In this document: positions 46,489 to 58,551 of the stretch, in pieces
Layout: the number at the start of each line of letters is the position of its first letter
Position numbering within the stretch: the stretch's first letter is position 1
DNA from: Ascoidea asiatica JCM 7603
Taxonomy: Eukaryota > Fungi > Ascomycota
Assembly (NCBI GenBank): GCA_001600695.1
Contig: BCKQ01000003.1
Location: 1,028,654 to 1,092,653 of the forward strand
Reading direction: 5' to 3'
Length of the DNA: 64,000 nt
The notes under the pieces: model-generated
What the model was told of the DNA's origin: nothing
Databases searched by the model: none
Seen by the model: only the letters and a program-made list of their open reading frames with translations
Made by a program: the position numbers and the translations under genes

Positions 46489-49023
46489 ATGTCTAAAATA
46501 TATTCATTATTCTATTTCTTATTTTTTTTTTTATTAAATTTATCACAATCAACTAAAATCAATTCAAATGAAAAATTTCAATTAGGTAGTTGGCATTTAC
46601 CTTATATTGGATATAATTTAAATTCAATAATAACTAAAGATAATAAAAAAATAATTTCAATCTCAAATGATTTAAATTTAAATATTTTATCAATAATAAA
46701 TAATCAAAATAATGGTACTATAGATTGGAGAATTGACATAGATGATTTAAATTTAATTAATTTAAATAATAATAATAATAATAATATTATCTCAAAAGAT
46801 CTTATTTTAATTAAAAATAGTAATAATATCTTATTAGGTTTTAATTTAATTAATAATAATTCAATTTATTTAATTTTTAATATTTTTAATAAAAATTTAT
46901 TAAATAAATTCATAATTTATGATTATAATTTTAAAAAATTTTTAAATATTAATAATATTACTTATATTTATTTAAATAATAATATTTTAATTCCAATTAA
47001 TGAATTAAATATAAATTATAATAATCAAATTGATTTAAATCCTTATATTAATGAAAATTCTAATTTATTAAAAATTATTAATAATAATTTTTTTTTTTAT
47101 AATGAATTTTCAATTGAAAATTTTCAAATCTTATCAATAAATAATAATAATAATAATATCATTGAAAATAATTATTACTCTTTTCCATTTAATATAAATG
47201 ATTTACAAATAATTTCAAAAAATTTATTCTTATTAAATAATCAAAATTTAATAACTTTTAAAAATAATTCAATTAAATTCATTAATAAAAATTTTTTAAA
47301 TTTTTTAAATCTTTCTTCAAATTCTTTTAAATTTTTTCAAATTAATTCAAATATTTTACTTATATTATCAAATAATTTCATTATTAATATTTTTGATATA
47401 AATAAAAATAAATTATTATTATCAATTTATAATCCAAATTTACCAATAAATTTAAATTTAATTAATTTTAATTCTTTTAAATTTAATTATAATTTAAAAA
47501 AAAATTCATTAAATTATTTAATTCAATTTTTAAATAATCAACAATTAAATTTTTATCAAAATGATAAATTAATTTGGTCAAGAAATGAATCTTTATCAAA
47601 AATTAATAATTATTTAGTTATAAATTTATTTGAAAAATTTAATTTAAATTCAATTTCAAATATAAATTCAAATTCAAATCATTTATCTTTTTATTCAAAT
47701 AAAACTTCTTTATTTAATTCTTATTTAATTAGATTAAAAAGATTTTTTAATCTTTTTAAAAATTTAAATTCATCAAATAATATTATAATCAATAAAGATC
47801 ATTTTGGTTTTCAAAAATATTTAATTTTAGAAAATGAATTTAATCAATTATTTAAAATTGATATTCAAACTGGTTTAGTAATAGAATCTATTAATGGAAA
47901 TTTAAAAAAAGATTATAAAAAACTTTTTGATTTAAATAAATTTACTTCAGAAATTATTGATTCTTCATTAAATTCATTAAATCAATTAAAACTTTCAAAT
48001 TTTAATTCAAATTCTGATAATTTATCAATAATTTTTAATGAAAAAAAAAATGAAATTTGTGGTTTAAAAAACTTAAATTTTAATATTTGGTGTAAAAATT
48101 TATTAAATAAAAATGAAAATTTAATTATTCAAAAAACTAAATTTACTAATGATATTGCTTCAATTGGTTATGTATTACCTGATAGATCCGTTCTTTATAA
48201 ATATTTAAATTCTCCTTTAATTGCTTTAGGAATTTATAATAATGTTGAAAATTATTTAAAAATTCAAATTATTGATTTAAATAATGGTAATTTATTATAT
48301 TCTTCTATACATGATTCTTCTGAAAATTTAATTATAAATGATTCAAATAAAGTTTCTTTAATATTTGAAGAAAATTGGTTGATTTATTCATTTTATAGTT
48401 CTAAACCATCACTTTCAACAAAAATTATTGCAATTGATTTATTAGAATCTTTAAAACCAAATGAAAAAATTAAGAATAATGAATTACCTGTTGTAACTAA
48501 ACAAATTCATCAAATTCATCAAAATATTAGAAGTTTATCTATTTCTAAGACTAGATTTGGAATAAGTAATAAAGCAATTATAGCAGAGCCAAATAATGCT
48601 CAAATTTTTTTCTTACCTAAACTCTTATTAAATCCAGGTCCACCTAAAAAATATTTCCCAATTAAAAATCTAAAAAAGAATAAAAATAAATCAAAAAATG
48701 TAGATGAAACTCAAAATAATTCAACAATACAAATTTCCCCTAAAAATTTTATTTATGGTAAAAGACATGTTCTCATAGATAAAAGTAAAGAAAGTTTTAT
48801 TTTCTCAATTCCAACAGATTTAGAATCAACCTCATATATTTGCTTTATAAATAATGATATTTTATGTACAAAGATATACCCTTCAGGTCAATTTGATATT
48901 CTTAGTAAATCTTTTAGTAAATTTAAATTAATATTAACATTGGTTATTTTGGTATTAACTTGTTATATTTTGAAACCAATTGCTGCAGATAAAAAATTGA
49001 ATGCAATGTGGACTATTAAATGA
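46489..49023 (+). CDS. EMC1: ER membrane complex subunit 1
   Basis: Signal peptide from the ATG at 46489; C-terminal motifs GYVLPDRSVLYKYLN, ENWLIYSF, PTDLEST and PSGQFDILSKSFSK, then a transmembrane helix and KKLNAMW. Confidence 0.92.
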   Translation: MSKIYSLFYFLFFFLLNLSQSTKINSNEKFQLGSWHLPYIGYNLNSIITKDNKKIISISNDLNLNILSIINNQNNGTIDWRIDIDDLNLINLNNNNNNNIISKDLILIKNSNNILLGFNLINNNSIYLIFNIFNKNLLNKFIIYDYNFKKFLNINNITYIYLNNNILIPINELNINYNNQIDLNPYINENSNLLKIINNNFFFYNEFSIENFQILSINNNNNNIIENNYYSFPFNINDLQIISKNLFLLNNQNLITFKNNSIKFINKNFLNFLNLSSNSFKFFQINSNILLILSNNFIINIFDINKNKLLLSIYNPNLPINLNLINFNSFKFNYNLKKNSLNYLIQFLNNQQLNFYQNDKLIWSRNESLSKINNYLVINLFEKFNLNSISNINSNSNHLSFYSNKTSLFNSYLIRLKRFFNLFKNLNSSNNIIINKDHFGFQKYLILENEFNQLFKIDIQTGLVIESINGNLKKDYKKLFDLNKFTSEIIDSSLNSLNQLKLSNFNSNSDNLSIIFNEKKNEICGLKNLNFNIWCKNLLNKNENLIIQKTKFTNDIASIGYVLPDRSVLYKYLNSPLIALGIYNNVENYLKIQIIDLNNGNLLYSSIHDSSENLIINDSNKVSLIFEENWLIYSFYSSKPSLSTKIIAIDLLESLKPNEKIKNNELPVVTKQIHQIHQNIRSLSISKTRFGISNKAIIAEPNNAQIFFLPKLLLNPGPPKKYFPIKNLKKNKNKSKNVDETQNNSTIQISPKNFIYGKRHVLIDKSKESFIFSIPTDLESTSYICFINNDILCTKIYPSGQFDILSKSFSKFKLILTLVILVLTCYILKPIAADKKLNAMWTIK

Positions 49024-49281
49024 TTCATTTTCTTCATATATATAAACTGTATATGTAATCTACATTATTAAATAATAAATAATAAACAAAAAATAAAATA
49101 CTAAAAATTAGTTAATATTAAAACATTAAATATTAATACATATTGAAAGACAAGATGATTTTTTAAAAAAGAATATGGCCTATACAGTTAAATGATATAA
49201 ACGAAATACTATATATATATATAAAAATATGCAGTTTCAGAAGAAAAAAAAAAAAAGAAGAACTCAAAATAATTGTTTTTT

Positions 49282-50649
49282 TTATTTAGGAATAAGATTA
49301 AATAATATCTTATTATTAGAATTATTTTCAAACTGATTGAAAGAAATCAATACCCTTTCATTTAATTCATCTCTTATAAGTTTTAAATTGTTTCCGAATA
49401 TTGTCTTTCTTGGAGGTTCTCGACCAAACAAATCTGAGATTGCATATATTTCAACAACTTTTCCAGAGGCAACAATAAGATGATTATTTGAAACACTCGC
49501 TTTTTCACAACTGATATTGAAATATAATATATTCTTTATGCTTAAAACACGTCCATGAGAATCACAAATTATTGCTAGTAATGAAAAGATAATAATTATT
49601 GTATCATTATCTAAAGAAAGAACAGTAATAGGTTTAGTTGTATCAGATTTAAAAATGTCTTTATTAAGTGGTTCAATTTCTTCTCTGGTAAATAAATTTT
49701 TACTAAAAGAAGGAATTGTTCTAATGCTGTTAAGATTCAATAAATCTAAAAGTTGAAAATTTCTTTCTAAACCACAAATGAAATGAAATTTGTTTAAAAT
49801 TGTAATACTAGAACAATTTCCTGGTAATATTATACTTTCCAATAAACTTGGTTTAAATACAATTGTTTCAGGAGGTATTGTATAAATCAGAATAAAGGAA
49901 TTAACAGCTGCAGAAGATCCCGAGAATCTAGTTTTGACAATAAATAAAAATAAACATCCCTCACTAAAACCAGTTTTAAAGAATTTCAAATCTTCAACAA
50001 ATTCATTAATTTTAAAATCAATAATCTTATTTTGTTCATTTTTAAATAAATTTTTAACTTTACAATATTTTAATTTATTTTTAATAGTCATTAATAAAAG
50101 ATCATTACTTTTTATGTATTGTAATTGAGTTATGTTTTGAATATTATTAATCGGACCCCAATATTCTGGAAATATACTTGGACAATTTATATAAAGAGCA
50201 TCTTTAGTTGCAACTAAATGATATTCCATTGATTCAAAGATTACAGAACAAGTACAACGTATTTCACCAATTAATGGGCAATTTTTTAATTTATCAAATT
50301 TTGAAAGAAAAGAATTAGAATTAGAATTAGAATTAGAATTAGAATTAGAATTAGAACTGGAATTAGAATCCGAAGTTTTAATTGACTTTATTTTATTATT
50401 ATTAAATAATTTCCTAATATTATTCGAGGAATTTTGATTTGAAGAAATTGAAGATGAAAGAGAATGATTATAAGCAATTGGATTTAATTTGAAAAATTCT
50501 TTATTTTCTTTTGATTTAAAATATTCATCTTTTAATTTTTGAAAAGGTTTTGCTAATTCTTGAATAGGATTTGAACATTCAAAAGAATAAAACTGATTAT
50601 TTAAAATATTTTTAATAATAACTTTATTTTCAATAAAATTAGAATTGGA

Positions 50650-50682
<33 letters not shown>

Positions 50683-52122
50683 TTTAATATTATTATCAAT
50701 TTTTTGAGAAATTGGGATTTCTATAGAAAGATATTCCATTGGAATTGGATCATCTTTAACAATAAAAGTAAAATTATTTTCATCAACAGTACAATAAATT
50801 AAACAATTTGTGAATAAAAAAATTATATCATTTTTAAAAAATTTTTCTAATTTTATACCTTTTAATTTTGATTTTTCAATTGGAATTATTATATATTTAT
50901 TTAATAACATTTGATATAAATTTGTATTAATATTACCTTTATAAGTTGATTTAAAGATTAATCTTGATTTTATAACTTTACTTAAAGAAGAAATTTTATA
51001 TTTTTTAATTAAATTATTTAAAATATAAAAATTAGATTGAGTTAAAAGGTAAATATTAATTTCATTATTTGAATTTAAATTTATAAATTTTTTTAAAGAA
51101 TTAAAATAAATTAATGAATTTATATTAAAAGAATCTAAATTATTAAAAATTTGATAAAAAGAATTTTCATTAATTAAATTTTTTTTAATAATTTTTAATT
51201 TCCAATTTATAAAATTTATTGAAAATTTTGAATTTAAAAAATTTTTTAAATAAAATTTTATAAAAAATTTTAAATTTGAAAAATTTAAAATAAATTCAAT
51301 CCAATGAGATTGAGAAATTGAGATGAAATTATTAAAGATTTTAATAATTGAGAATAAATTTAAAAAAATTGAAATTGAATGATTAATTAATTCAGATAAT
51401 GGATTAATTAATTCAATTTTATAAAAATTATATAAATTTGAAAATGAATTTATAAAAATTGAATAAAAATTATTTAAATTATATGGTTTAAAATAATTTT
51501 TATCATTAATTAATAATAAATCATTAGAAATTAATAAGACTTTATTAATTAAATTAAAAAATTCGAATTGAGTTTTAATTAAAGAATAAATTATATTTTG
51601 TTCTTCAATTTCAATTGAATTTTCATTATTTAAATTTGATAAATAATCAGATTTTAAATTCCAAAAAGTTTGCCATGAATTATTTGATAGAATTTTATGA
51701 AATATTGAATCATAAGATAATGAAGATATATTAGTATTAGTATTAGTATTGGAGTTTATATTTGTATTAAGAGTATTAAGAGTATCAGCGGTAATATTAT
51801 TTTCATTTTGAAAAGAGATTGAATTAAAAGAAGTTTTACTTAAATCTCTTAAATGATAAAATTGTTTTTTAAATTCATTATTATTATTATTATTATTATC
51901 ATTAAAAGAATATTGAAAAGAATCTTGAGAATCATTTGAATTTAAAAGAGAAATTGGTTCTTTATTTACTTTTGGTACAAGTAATAAATCTAAATTTACT
52001 GTTGAATTTACATTGATATTATAATTTGAATTTGAAGTATTATCAGTATTAGGAAGATTATTGACATTATTTGAATTTGAATTTGAATTTGAATTTGAAG
52101 AAGTTTTAGTTAGCAAAGACAT
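49282..52122 (-). CDS. Diverged Rom1/Rom2/Tus1-like protein (DH-like, PH-like and CNH domains)
   Basis: QNIIYSLIKTQ resembles a DH start; IIFLFTNCLI..PIPMEYLSI resembles the Rom/Tus PH domain; the C-terminal beta-rich region (ITQLQYI, FFKTG, KPITV, CDSHG, VVEIY) resembles CNH. Confidence 0.65.
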
Positions 52123-52660
52123 ATTATATTATATTATATTGTATAGAATTGTAAACATTGATTCTTGAATAAGATTTAATAAATATTGAATGAAGAAAAT
52201 TAAAAGGATTAATTTATATTCTTTTAATATATTAAAAAGATTTTAAAAGAACAAAGAAAGTAAAAGGAATTAAAGAAAATGACTAAATTCTATTTACAGA
52301 TAATGAATATAAAAGATAATTGTTAGTTCTATAGCCTCTTCATCAGGAGAATTTAATAAAGATAACGAAATTCAAGTTGTTGAAAAGTATATTATATTCT
52401 TTTTTATGTTCTTTATTTCATATCATTTCATATCATTTCAGATTATTATTATTATTATTTGATCCATTTTTTATATATTCAGGTTAAATCTAAGGTTAAA
52501 GTCCTAATAAAAGGATAATTTCGATGAGTTTTAACAGTAAAAGGAGTATCAAGAGACAAAAGAGACAAAGGAGACAAAGGAAAACAGAAAAACAGAAAAA
52601 CACGTTAAAACACCATAAAGCAGGAAGGCTTTTGAAGCTTCAGTGTTGCAAATGGCAGTG

Positions 52661-52704
52661 GACCGGGGAGTAGACCGGGGGGTAGACCGGGGAGTAGACC
52701 GGGG
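52661..52704 (+). repeat. 12-bp GC-rich tandem repeat (GACCGGGGAGTA), about 4 copies
   Basis: G-runs at 52665-52668, 52677-52682, 52689-52692 and 52701-52704. Confidence 0.9.
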
Positions 52705-53182
52705 CTCTGTTCCTGGGCTCTGGTAGACAAGCACCGCACACGCCACAAAACACAGCCCACACAAGCCATCACAAGCCATAACAATAATATAAAATAAAAG
52801 GAACCGTGTAGCTGGCGTCGGGATATTGCACCACAAGACATGGAGCTGCGTACGCTGCATTATTCCAAACAAGGCATTAGAACGTCAGCTCAGGCAGTCA
52901 ATGAGAGCTACCAAACATATGGTTTCAAGAGTGAAAATACCAAAATTACTGTTCAATGTTTATGAAAAAAATACTTCTTTTAATTTTAATTAATAATTGC
53001 AAATATCTTTTTACTGCAGTTAATTGATAAAAAATTTCAATTTCTGTTTCAAATATGTGAAAAATTATTTATTAAATATAAAAGTATGGGGTATTGAAGA
53101 TAAAATTACTATTTTAAGTATGAAATATAATGAAATTTTTTGAACTTTATATCATTATAATTATTATTATTATTATTACTTA

Positions 53183-53434
53183 CTATTTAACTTTTCTACC
53201 TCCACTAATTTTTAAAACAAGATAAATTACAGAATTATCTTTAATATTATAAGATTTTAATGAATTATTATTATCTTCTAATCTTTTACCAGAATAAAAA
53301 AGTCTTTGTTTTTCTTTTTCAATTCCAATTTCTTTGAAAAGTTTATCTTTAATAACACCTAGAAATTCCTCTTCTGAAATATTTTCAATAATTAATAATG
53401 TTACTTCACTTAACGATTTAATTGTAAGCTTCAT
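53183..53434 (-). CDS. Diverged ubiquitin-like protein with C-terminal Gly-Gly plus RKVK extension, 83 aa
   Basis: Aligns with ubiquitin end to end: KSLS, IKDKL, GI..KQRLFYSGKRLED, SLKSYNI..SVIYLVLKISGG. Confidence 0.88.
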   Translation of the reverse strand: MKLTIKSLSEVTLLIIENISEEEFLGVIKDKLFKEIGIEKEKQRLFYSGKRLEDNNNSLKSYNIKDNSVIYLVLKISGGRKVK

Positions 53435-53507
53435 ATTATATATACCTTTTATTATTTTTTAATTTACTTTATTTCTAATAACACTTTAATAAATTTTGAT
53501 TATTTAC

Positions 53508-53543
<36 letters not shown>

Positions 53544-53779
53544 ATCCATTCCAAACTACTTTTACCTCATCGCTTCTTTTTCTTTTTCTTTTGCTTCTGT
53601 TTTTCGGATCTCCTGAATCCGCTTCTGGTGTTCCGTCCGGTTATACCTTCCATATTCACGGAAACACCACTAATAATACCGGTGGTAGTACTACTTACTA
53701 CAGTCAATTTCCCATAAATTTCCTATTTATTACATAAAATTTCATTTTTATATACTATTGAAATTTTAAATATCAAATA

Positions 53780-54139
53780 TCAAATATCAACATCTTTCAT
53801 TCCAGTAACATAAATTTTAACTTTTAAATAAATAATTGAATCATTATCAATTTTATAATATCCTAAATCATAATTATCTTTAAGTAATTTACCATGATAA
53901 AATAAAATTTGTTTCTCTTTTTCAATACCAATCCTTTCATAAATTTTATTTTTAATAATTCCAATCATATCTTTTTTTATAAGATTTTCAATTTCCATTA
54001 TTTGAACTTCACTTAATGATTTAATTATAATTTTAAATTTTGGTTTAATTAAAAATTTAAATTCTTCAATTTTAGGATAAATTAAAATATTTTGACGAAT
54101 TGTTGAAATATTTTCAAATTTTTTTGTTAATTTTGACAT
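53780..54139 (-). CDS. Tandem paralogous ubiquitin-like protein with an N-terminal extension and no di-glycine, 119 aa
   Basis: Shares IKSLSEV, IEN, IGIEKEKQ, LFYxGK and SxIYL with the neighbouring gene. Ends KIYVTGMKDVDI. Confidence 0.82.
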   Translation of the reverse strand: MSKLTKKFENISTIRQNILIYPKIEEFKFLIKPKFKIIIKSLSEVQIMEIENLIKKDMIGIIKNKIYERIGIEKEKQILFYHGKLLKDNYDLGYYKIDNDSIIYLKVKIYVTGMKDVDI

Positions 54140-54518
54140 ATCTATTATATTATATAATATAATTATATTATACTTTATATTTCCTTCTAAGCTTATATTT
54201 ATTTTATCTTTATAAAATCAATTAAATATAATTCATACTCCTTTCATTACTTCACCAATTCTCACTCTCATCTCACATTTATTTTTTTATTCTGCTAAAA
54301 GAGTTAAAAAAACTGGTTTATAAATTAAAATTCGCGGTAATCAAACCCGGGTAACTTCAAAAAAAATTATTATTTTATTTTCAAAAACGTCTCAATGCGC
54401 CACTTCTTCCCTAATTAGGAAATGCCTATAAAGAAGAACATAAAAATTACCATAATTGGAAAATTATTATATTTCTTCCAATTTCTATTTATTATAAACT
54501 ATTTAATTATTTGATTAA

Positions 54519-56795
54519 TTATTTGATTAATTCTTTTATTATTTTAAATCCTTTTTCATTAACTTCTTTAATTTCTTCTCCATTAGATTTTTCAATTATT
54601 TTAATACTTTTTTTAACATTTTTTAAAAAAATTTTATTTATTTCTTCATTTTTATTTTCATTTTTTTTAACATTTTCAATTAATGAAATTATAACAAAAT
54701 TACCTTCTGATAAAATCCAATTTTTAATAATTTTTTCATCTTTTAAAATATTTTTAATAAAATTTTCACAAAATTCTTTATTATTTATTTTACTTTCTTC
54801 AATTTTTTTTTCTTTAAAATTCCAATTACCACCTTGAATTAAAGTTTTTAAAAATCTAATTAAAAATTTATTTTCTTTTAAAATTTCAATATTTTCAAAT
54901 TTTAAAATTATTAAATTTATAATTTTTTTTTTTTCTTCTTTAATTTTATTATCATTATCATTATCATCAATTTTTAATAAAATTTCTAAAATTAATTGAA
55001 TTCCAATATTTTCATTAAAAATTAAATTAAAATCATTATTAATAATTTCAAATAATTTTGGTAAAAGTTTTTTTAATAAATCTATTCTACTATTTTCAAT
55101 TGGTTTTTTAGTTTTACCTTCATTTCTTGCTAATTTATTATAAAAATTTAATTTTTTAATAATTTCTGGTCTTAAATATTTACCATTTAATTTACCTTCT
55201 AATAAATAAAATATTGGTCTTCTACCAAATTTATCAATTAAAATTTTTGAATTTAATAAATTAAAAAAATTTTTAAAAATTAAAATTGAATCATCAACTG
55301 TTAAAAATATTAATAAAATTATAATATTACCATATTCATTTGTAATTAATTTTTGAAAATGAATTTTAAAATTTTTTAAAATTTTTTTTTTATTTTTATT
55401 ATTTAATTTTGAAATAAAATTTAAACAAACTTCACTACCTTCTTTTGTATGAATAATTTCATTTAATTGATCATTTAAAATTTCAAATAATTTTTCAATT
55501 TCTTTTTCATTTGCAATTTTAACATATTCTAACATTATACCATGTAAAACTTGAAAACCAGTTGAACCTTTTTCAATTGATCTATTTATACTATCAAATA
55601 AATTTTTTATAATCATATCTCTTTTATCATTATTATCTTTAATAATTTCTTTAATTGATAAATCATTACCATTATTATTAAAAATTGAATATTCATTACC
55701 ATAAAATTCTCTTAAAATTTGTTTTTTTTGATCATTATTTGAATATAAAACATAAATATCTTCTAAAACATAAGCACCTTCTTTATGTTTAATTAATTTT
55801 TTAAAAGTTCCATGTAAAGAATTAATAATTATTTGATTTGATTCTTTTGTACCATAATGTAATAATTTAATTAATAAATATTTACCATAAATACTTGTAG
55901 CTAATTTATAAAATAAATTTTCTTTAATTTTATCTTTTTCACCAGAAATTTTTTTAAATTCTTTAACAATTTCTAAAATTTGAGATTTATTTGATAATTT
56001 AACAATTGTTTGAATAATTCTTGATGCATCATGTTTTAAAATTAAATCTTTTAAATTTTTTTTTGATAATTCCCAAATTTCTTTATAATATTTATCTTTT
56101 AATTCTTTTGATAATAAAATTTTATTATTATTTTCAGTTTTTGATCTTAATTTTTCCCAAATTATTTTAATTTGTTGAATTTCACTACCTGAACTTCTTT
56201 GCAATTTTCTTTCAAGTAATAATTTTCTTTGTTCTATATGTTTTTCAGCAACTTCAGAAATTTTTTGTCTTTTACTTAAAGGTTCTTCAATTAAATTATC
56301 ATTATCATTATCATTATCATTTTCTTCAATATTTTTTGAAGTATTTGAAGTTTTTGAAGATTCTATATCAATAGTATCTAATTCATCTTCACTTTCTTCA
56401 TCATCAAGATCATCATCATTGATTAATCCATTACTTTCAGCTTCACTTTCACTTTCAAATTCATTTTTTTGATATAATTTTGTTTCTTTTTTAATTATTT
56501 TTCCATTATCTTTATTACTAAATTTCTTACTAAATTTCTTGTCTGATTTCTTATCAGAATTCTTATCAGAATTCTTATCAGAATTCTTATCAGATTCTTT
56601 ATCAAATTTAAAACTAGATTCATTTATTGACTTATTATTTAACTTTTTATCATCTTTTTTTTTATTAAATTTTTCTATATTTTTATCATTTTTCAAATTT
56701 TCAATAGGTTTTGAATATTTTAAAAAAGTTTTTGAATTTACAATTTTTCCACTTGAAGAACGTTTAGTACCCTTTTTGGCAACTAAAGATGACAT
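54519..56795 (-). CDS. PUF6: Nucleolar Pumilio-family protein Puf6
   Basis: EQRKLLLERKLQR, LILKHDASRIIQT, YGKYLLIKLLHYG, HKEGAYVLED, IEKGSTGFQVLH, EIIHTKEGSEV and KFGRRP. Confidence 0.95.
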   Translation of the reverse strand: MSSLVAKKGTKRSSSGKIVNSKTFLKYSKPIENLKNDKNIEKFNKKKDDKKLNNKSINESSFKFDKESDKNSDKNSDKNSDKKSDKKFSKKFSNKDNGKIIKKETKLYQKNEFESESEAESNGLINDDDLDDEESEDELDTIDIESSKTSNTSKNIEENDNDNDNDNLIEEPLSKRQKISEVAEKHIEQRKLLLERKLQRSSGSEIQQIKIIWEKLRSKTENNNKILLSKELKDKYYKEIWELSKKNLKDLILKHDASRIIQTIVKLSNKSQILEIVKEFKKISGEKDKIKENLFYKLATSIYGKYLLIKLLHYGTKESNQIIINSLHGTFKKLIKHKEGAYVLEDIYVLYSNNDQKKQILREFYGNEYSIFNNNGNDLSIKEIIKDNNDKRDMIIKNLFDSINRSIEKGSTGFQVLHGIMLEYVKIANEKEIEKLFEILNDQLNEIIHTKEGSEVCLNFISKLNNKNKKKILKNFKIHFQKLITNEYGNIIILLIFLTVDDSILIFKNFFNLLNSKILIDKFGRRPIFYLLEGKLNGKYLRPEIIKKLNFYNKLARNEGKTKKPIENSRIDLLKKLLPKLFEIINNDFNLIFNENIGIQLILEILLKIDDNDNDNKIKEEKKKIINLIILKFENIEILKENKFLIRFLKTLIQGGNWNFKEKKIEESKINNKEFCENFIKNILKDEKIIKNWILSEGNFVIISLIENVKKNENKNEEINKIFLKNVKKSIKIIEKSNGEEIKEVNEKGFKIIKELIK

Positions 56796-57054
56796 TTTAA
56801 AGTATTATTATTATTATTTGTTTATCAAAATGAATGTTTATTAAGTTATAAACATCAAATATTATCATTATAAATTTCTTTGAAAATATTTCCTAAATGA
56901 AATCTGATAAAAAAAATTTCGTTGATGAAAAAAAAAAAAAAAAAAAAACAAATTTAAAAAAACAATCACGGGAATATGTGAGACCAGAAATGTGGTGTTT
57001 GTTGTTCTATTTTTTTATTGATCACAAAACTGTACAGTAGAATTATTCCCAAGA

Positions 57055-57061
57055 TTACCCG
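57055..57061 (+). promoter_or_regulatory. Reb1-type site TTACCCG (further copies as CGGGTAA at 54348-54354 and 5333-5339)
   Basis: Exact consensus matches, all in intergenic GC-richer islands. Confidence 0.5.
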
Positions 57062-57179
57062 CCGTGGCAAAGGCCCACTGCCTTCCAGCAATATCAGCAA
57101 TATTCTTGATAAATTATTTCTATTTTATCTATATTGAAAGTAAGTAAATTTGAAAGTTGTTGAAGTATAAATTATTTAA

Positions 57180-58514
57180 TTAATTACCAAAAGAATAATC
57201 ACCAGAAATCCATCTATTAAGCATATCTAAAGAAACTTCAGGTTTATCATATGGAACCATATGACCAGCATCAAAAATTCTTAAAAATGTAAAATTATTA
57301 AAATTTTTAACATTACCTGCAAGTTCATTATCTAAAGTTAAATATGGTAACATTGGAGATTTTAAAAAATTTTTATGATTTGAATAATCTAAAGCACTTG
57401 ACCAAGCTTCATTACCAAGCCAATTACAAATAAAATCTTTATCACCAGAATATAATAAAACTGGATAACCATTATTTAATAATTCTGCAATATATTGTTG
57501 AAATGGTTTCATTTCATCACCAGTTAAAGCAAATTGTGTACCAACTTTTTCATTACAACCAACATATTTATCAACTTCAACACCTAATGATTTCATAACA
57601 TAATCTTGATTTAAATAATTTTCAATATATGATAAACCTTTATAACAAAGTGAAGTTTCTGGATCACATTTTTTTCTAATATCATAAATATTTAAACCAG
57701 TTTTTTCAAAAGCAGTCATCATTTTTGATGAACAATATATACCTGCAGGTATACAAGTAAATGGATTTTGATTTAAATAACAAAATTCAATTAATTTTTT
57801 ACATCTTGGATATGATTTTCTCATATTTTCACATTCTTTATCAGAAATTATTTGTTTATAACCACCTTTACCACATGCCATTGGTTCATAATAACCATAT
57901 TGAATTAAAGAATCTGTTAAACCATTACCAATCATTATTGAAGATAAATTAAAAGTTTTATCTTTATGATTAATAATTTCTGAAGCAAATTTTGGTATAT
58001 AATGACCACCATAAGATTCACCAGCAATATGAAAATTATTTTTTCTTAAATTTGGAAAATAATCAAAAAATAATTCTAAAAAATTATAAACATCAATTGA
58101 AGCATCATTTGTTGTTGAAATTGGTTTTGCAGAATTTGAATATGAATAACCAACACCAATTGGTTGTTCAAGAAATATTATTGAAGCATTTGAATTCCAA
58201 GAAAATTTATTATAAATTGGTTTAATTTCTTGATCAATACTTGAAGGACCTAATTCAAAAAATAAACCTGTTAATGATGAACAACCTGGTCCACCATTTA
58301 ACCATAAAATTAAAGGATCATTAATTGGATCATTTCTTGATTCAAAATACCAATAAAAAAAATGTTTATCTTCAGATATAGCATCTAAATAACCTGCATA
58401 TTGATTAACAATATCAATACCTAAAATTTCTGGATTTGTTTTTTTAATTCTTAAATTATAATTTGAAAATTTATCATTTTTAACAATTTTAAAATCATTT
58501 TTTTCTTTTAAACT

Positions 58515-58551
<37 letters not shown>

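Noticed and set aside
46169-46489. ORF with a YI repeat
   Set aside because: It is a translation of the (GATATA)n microsatellite.
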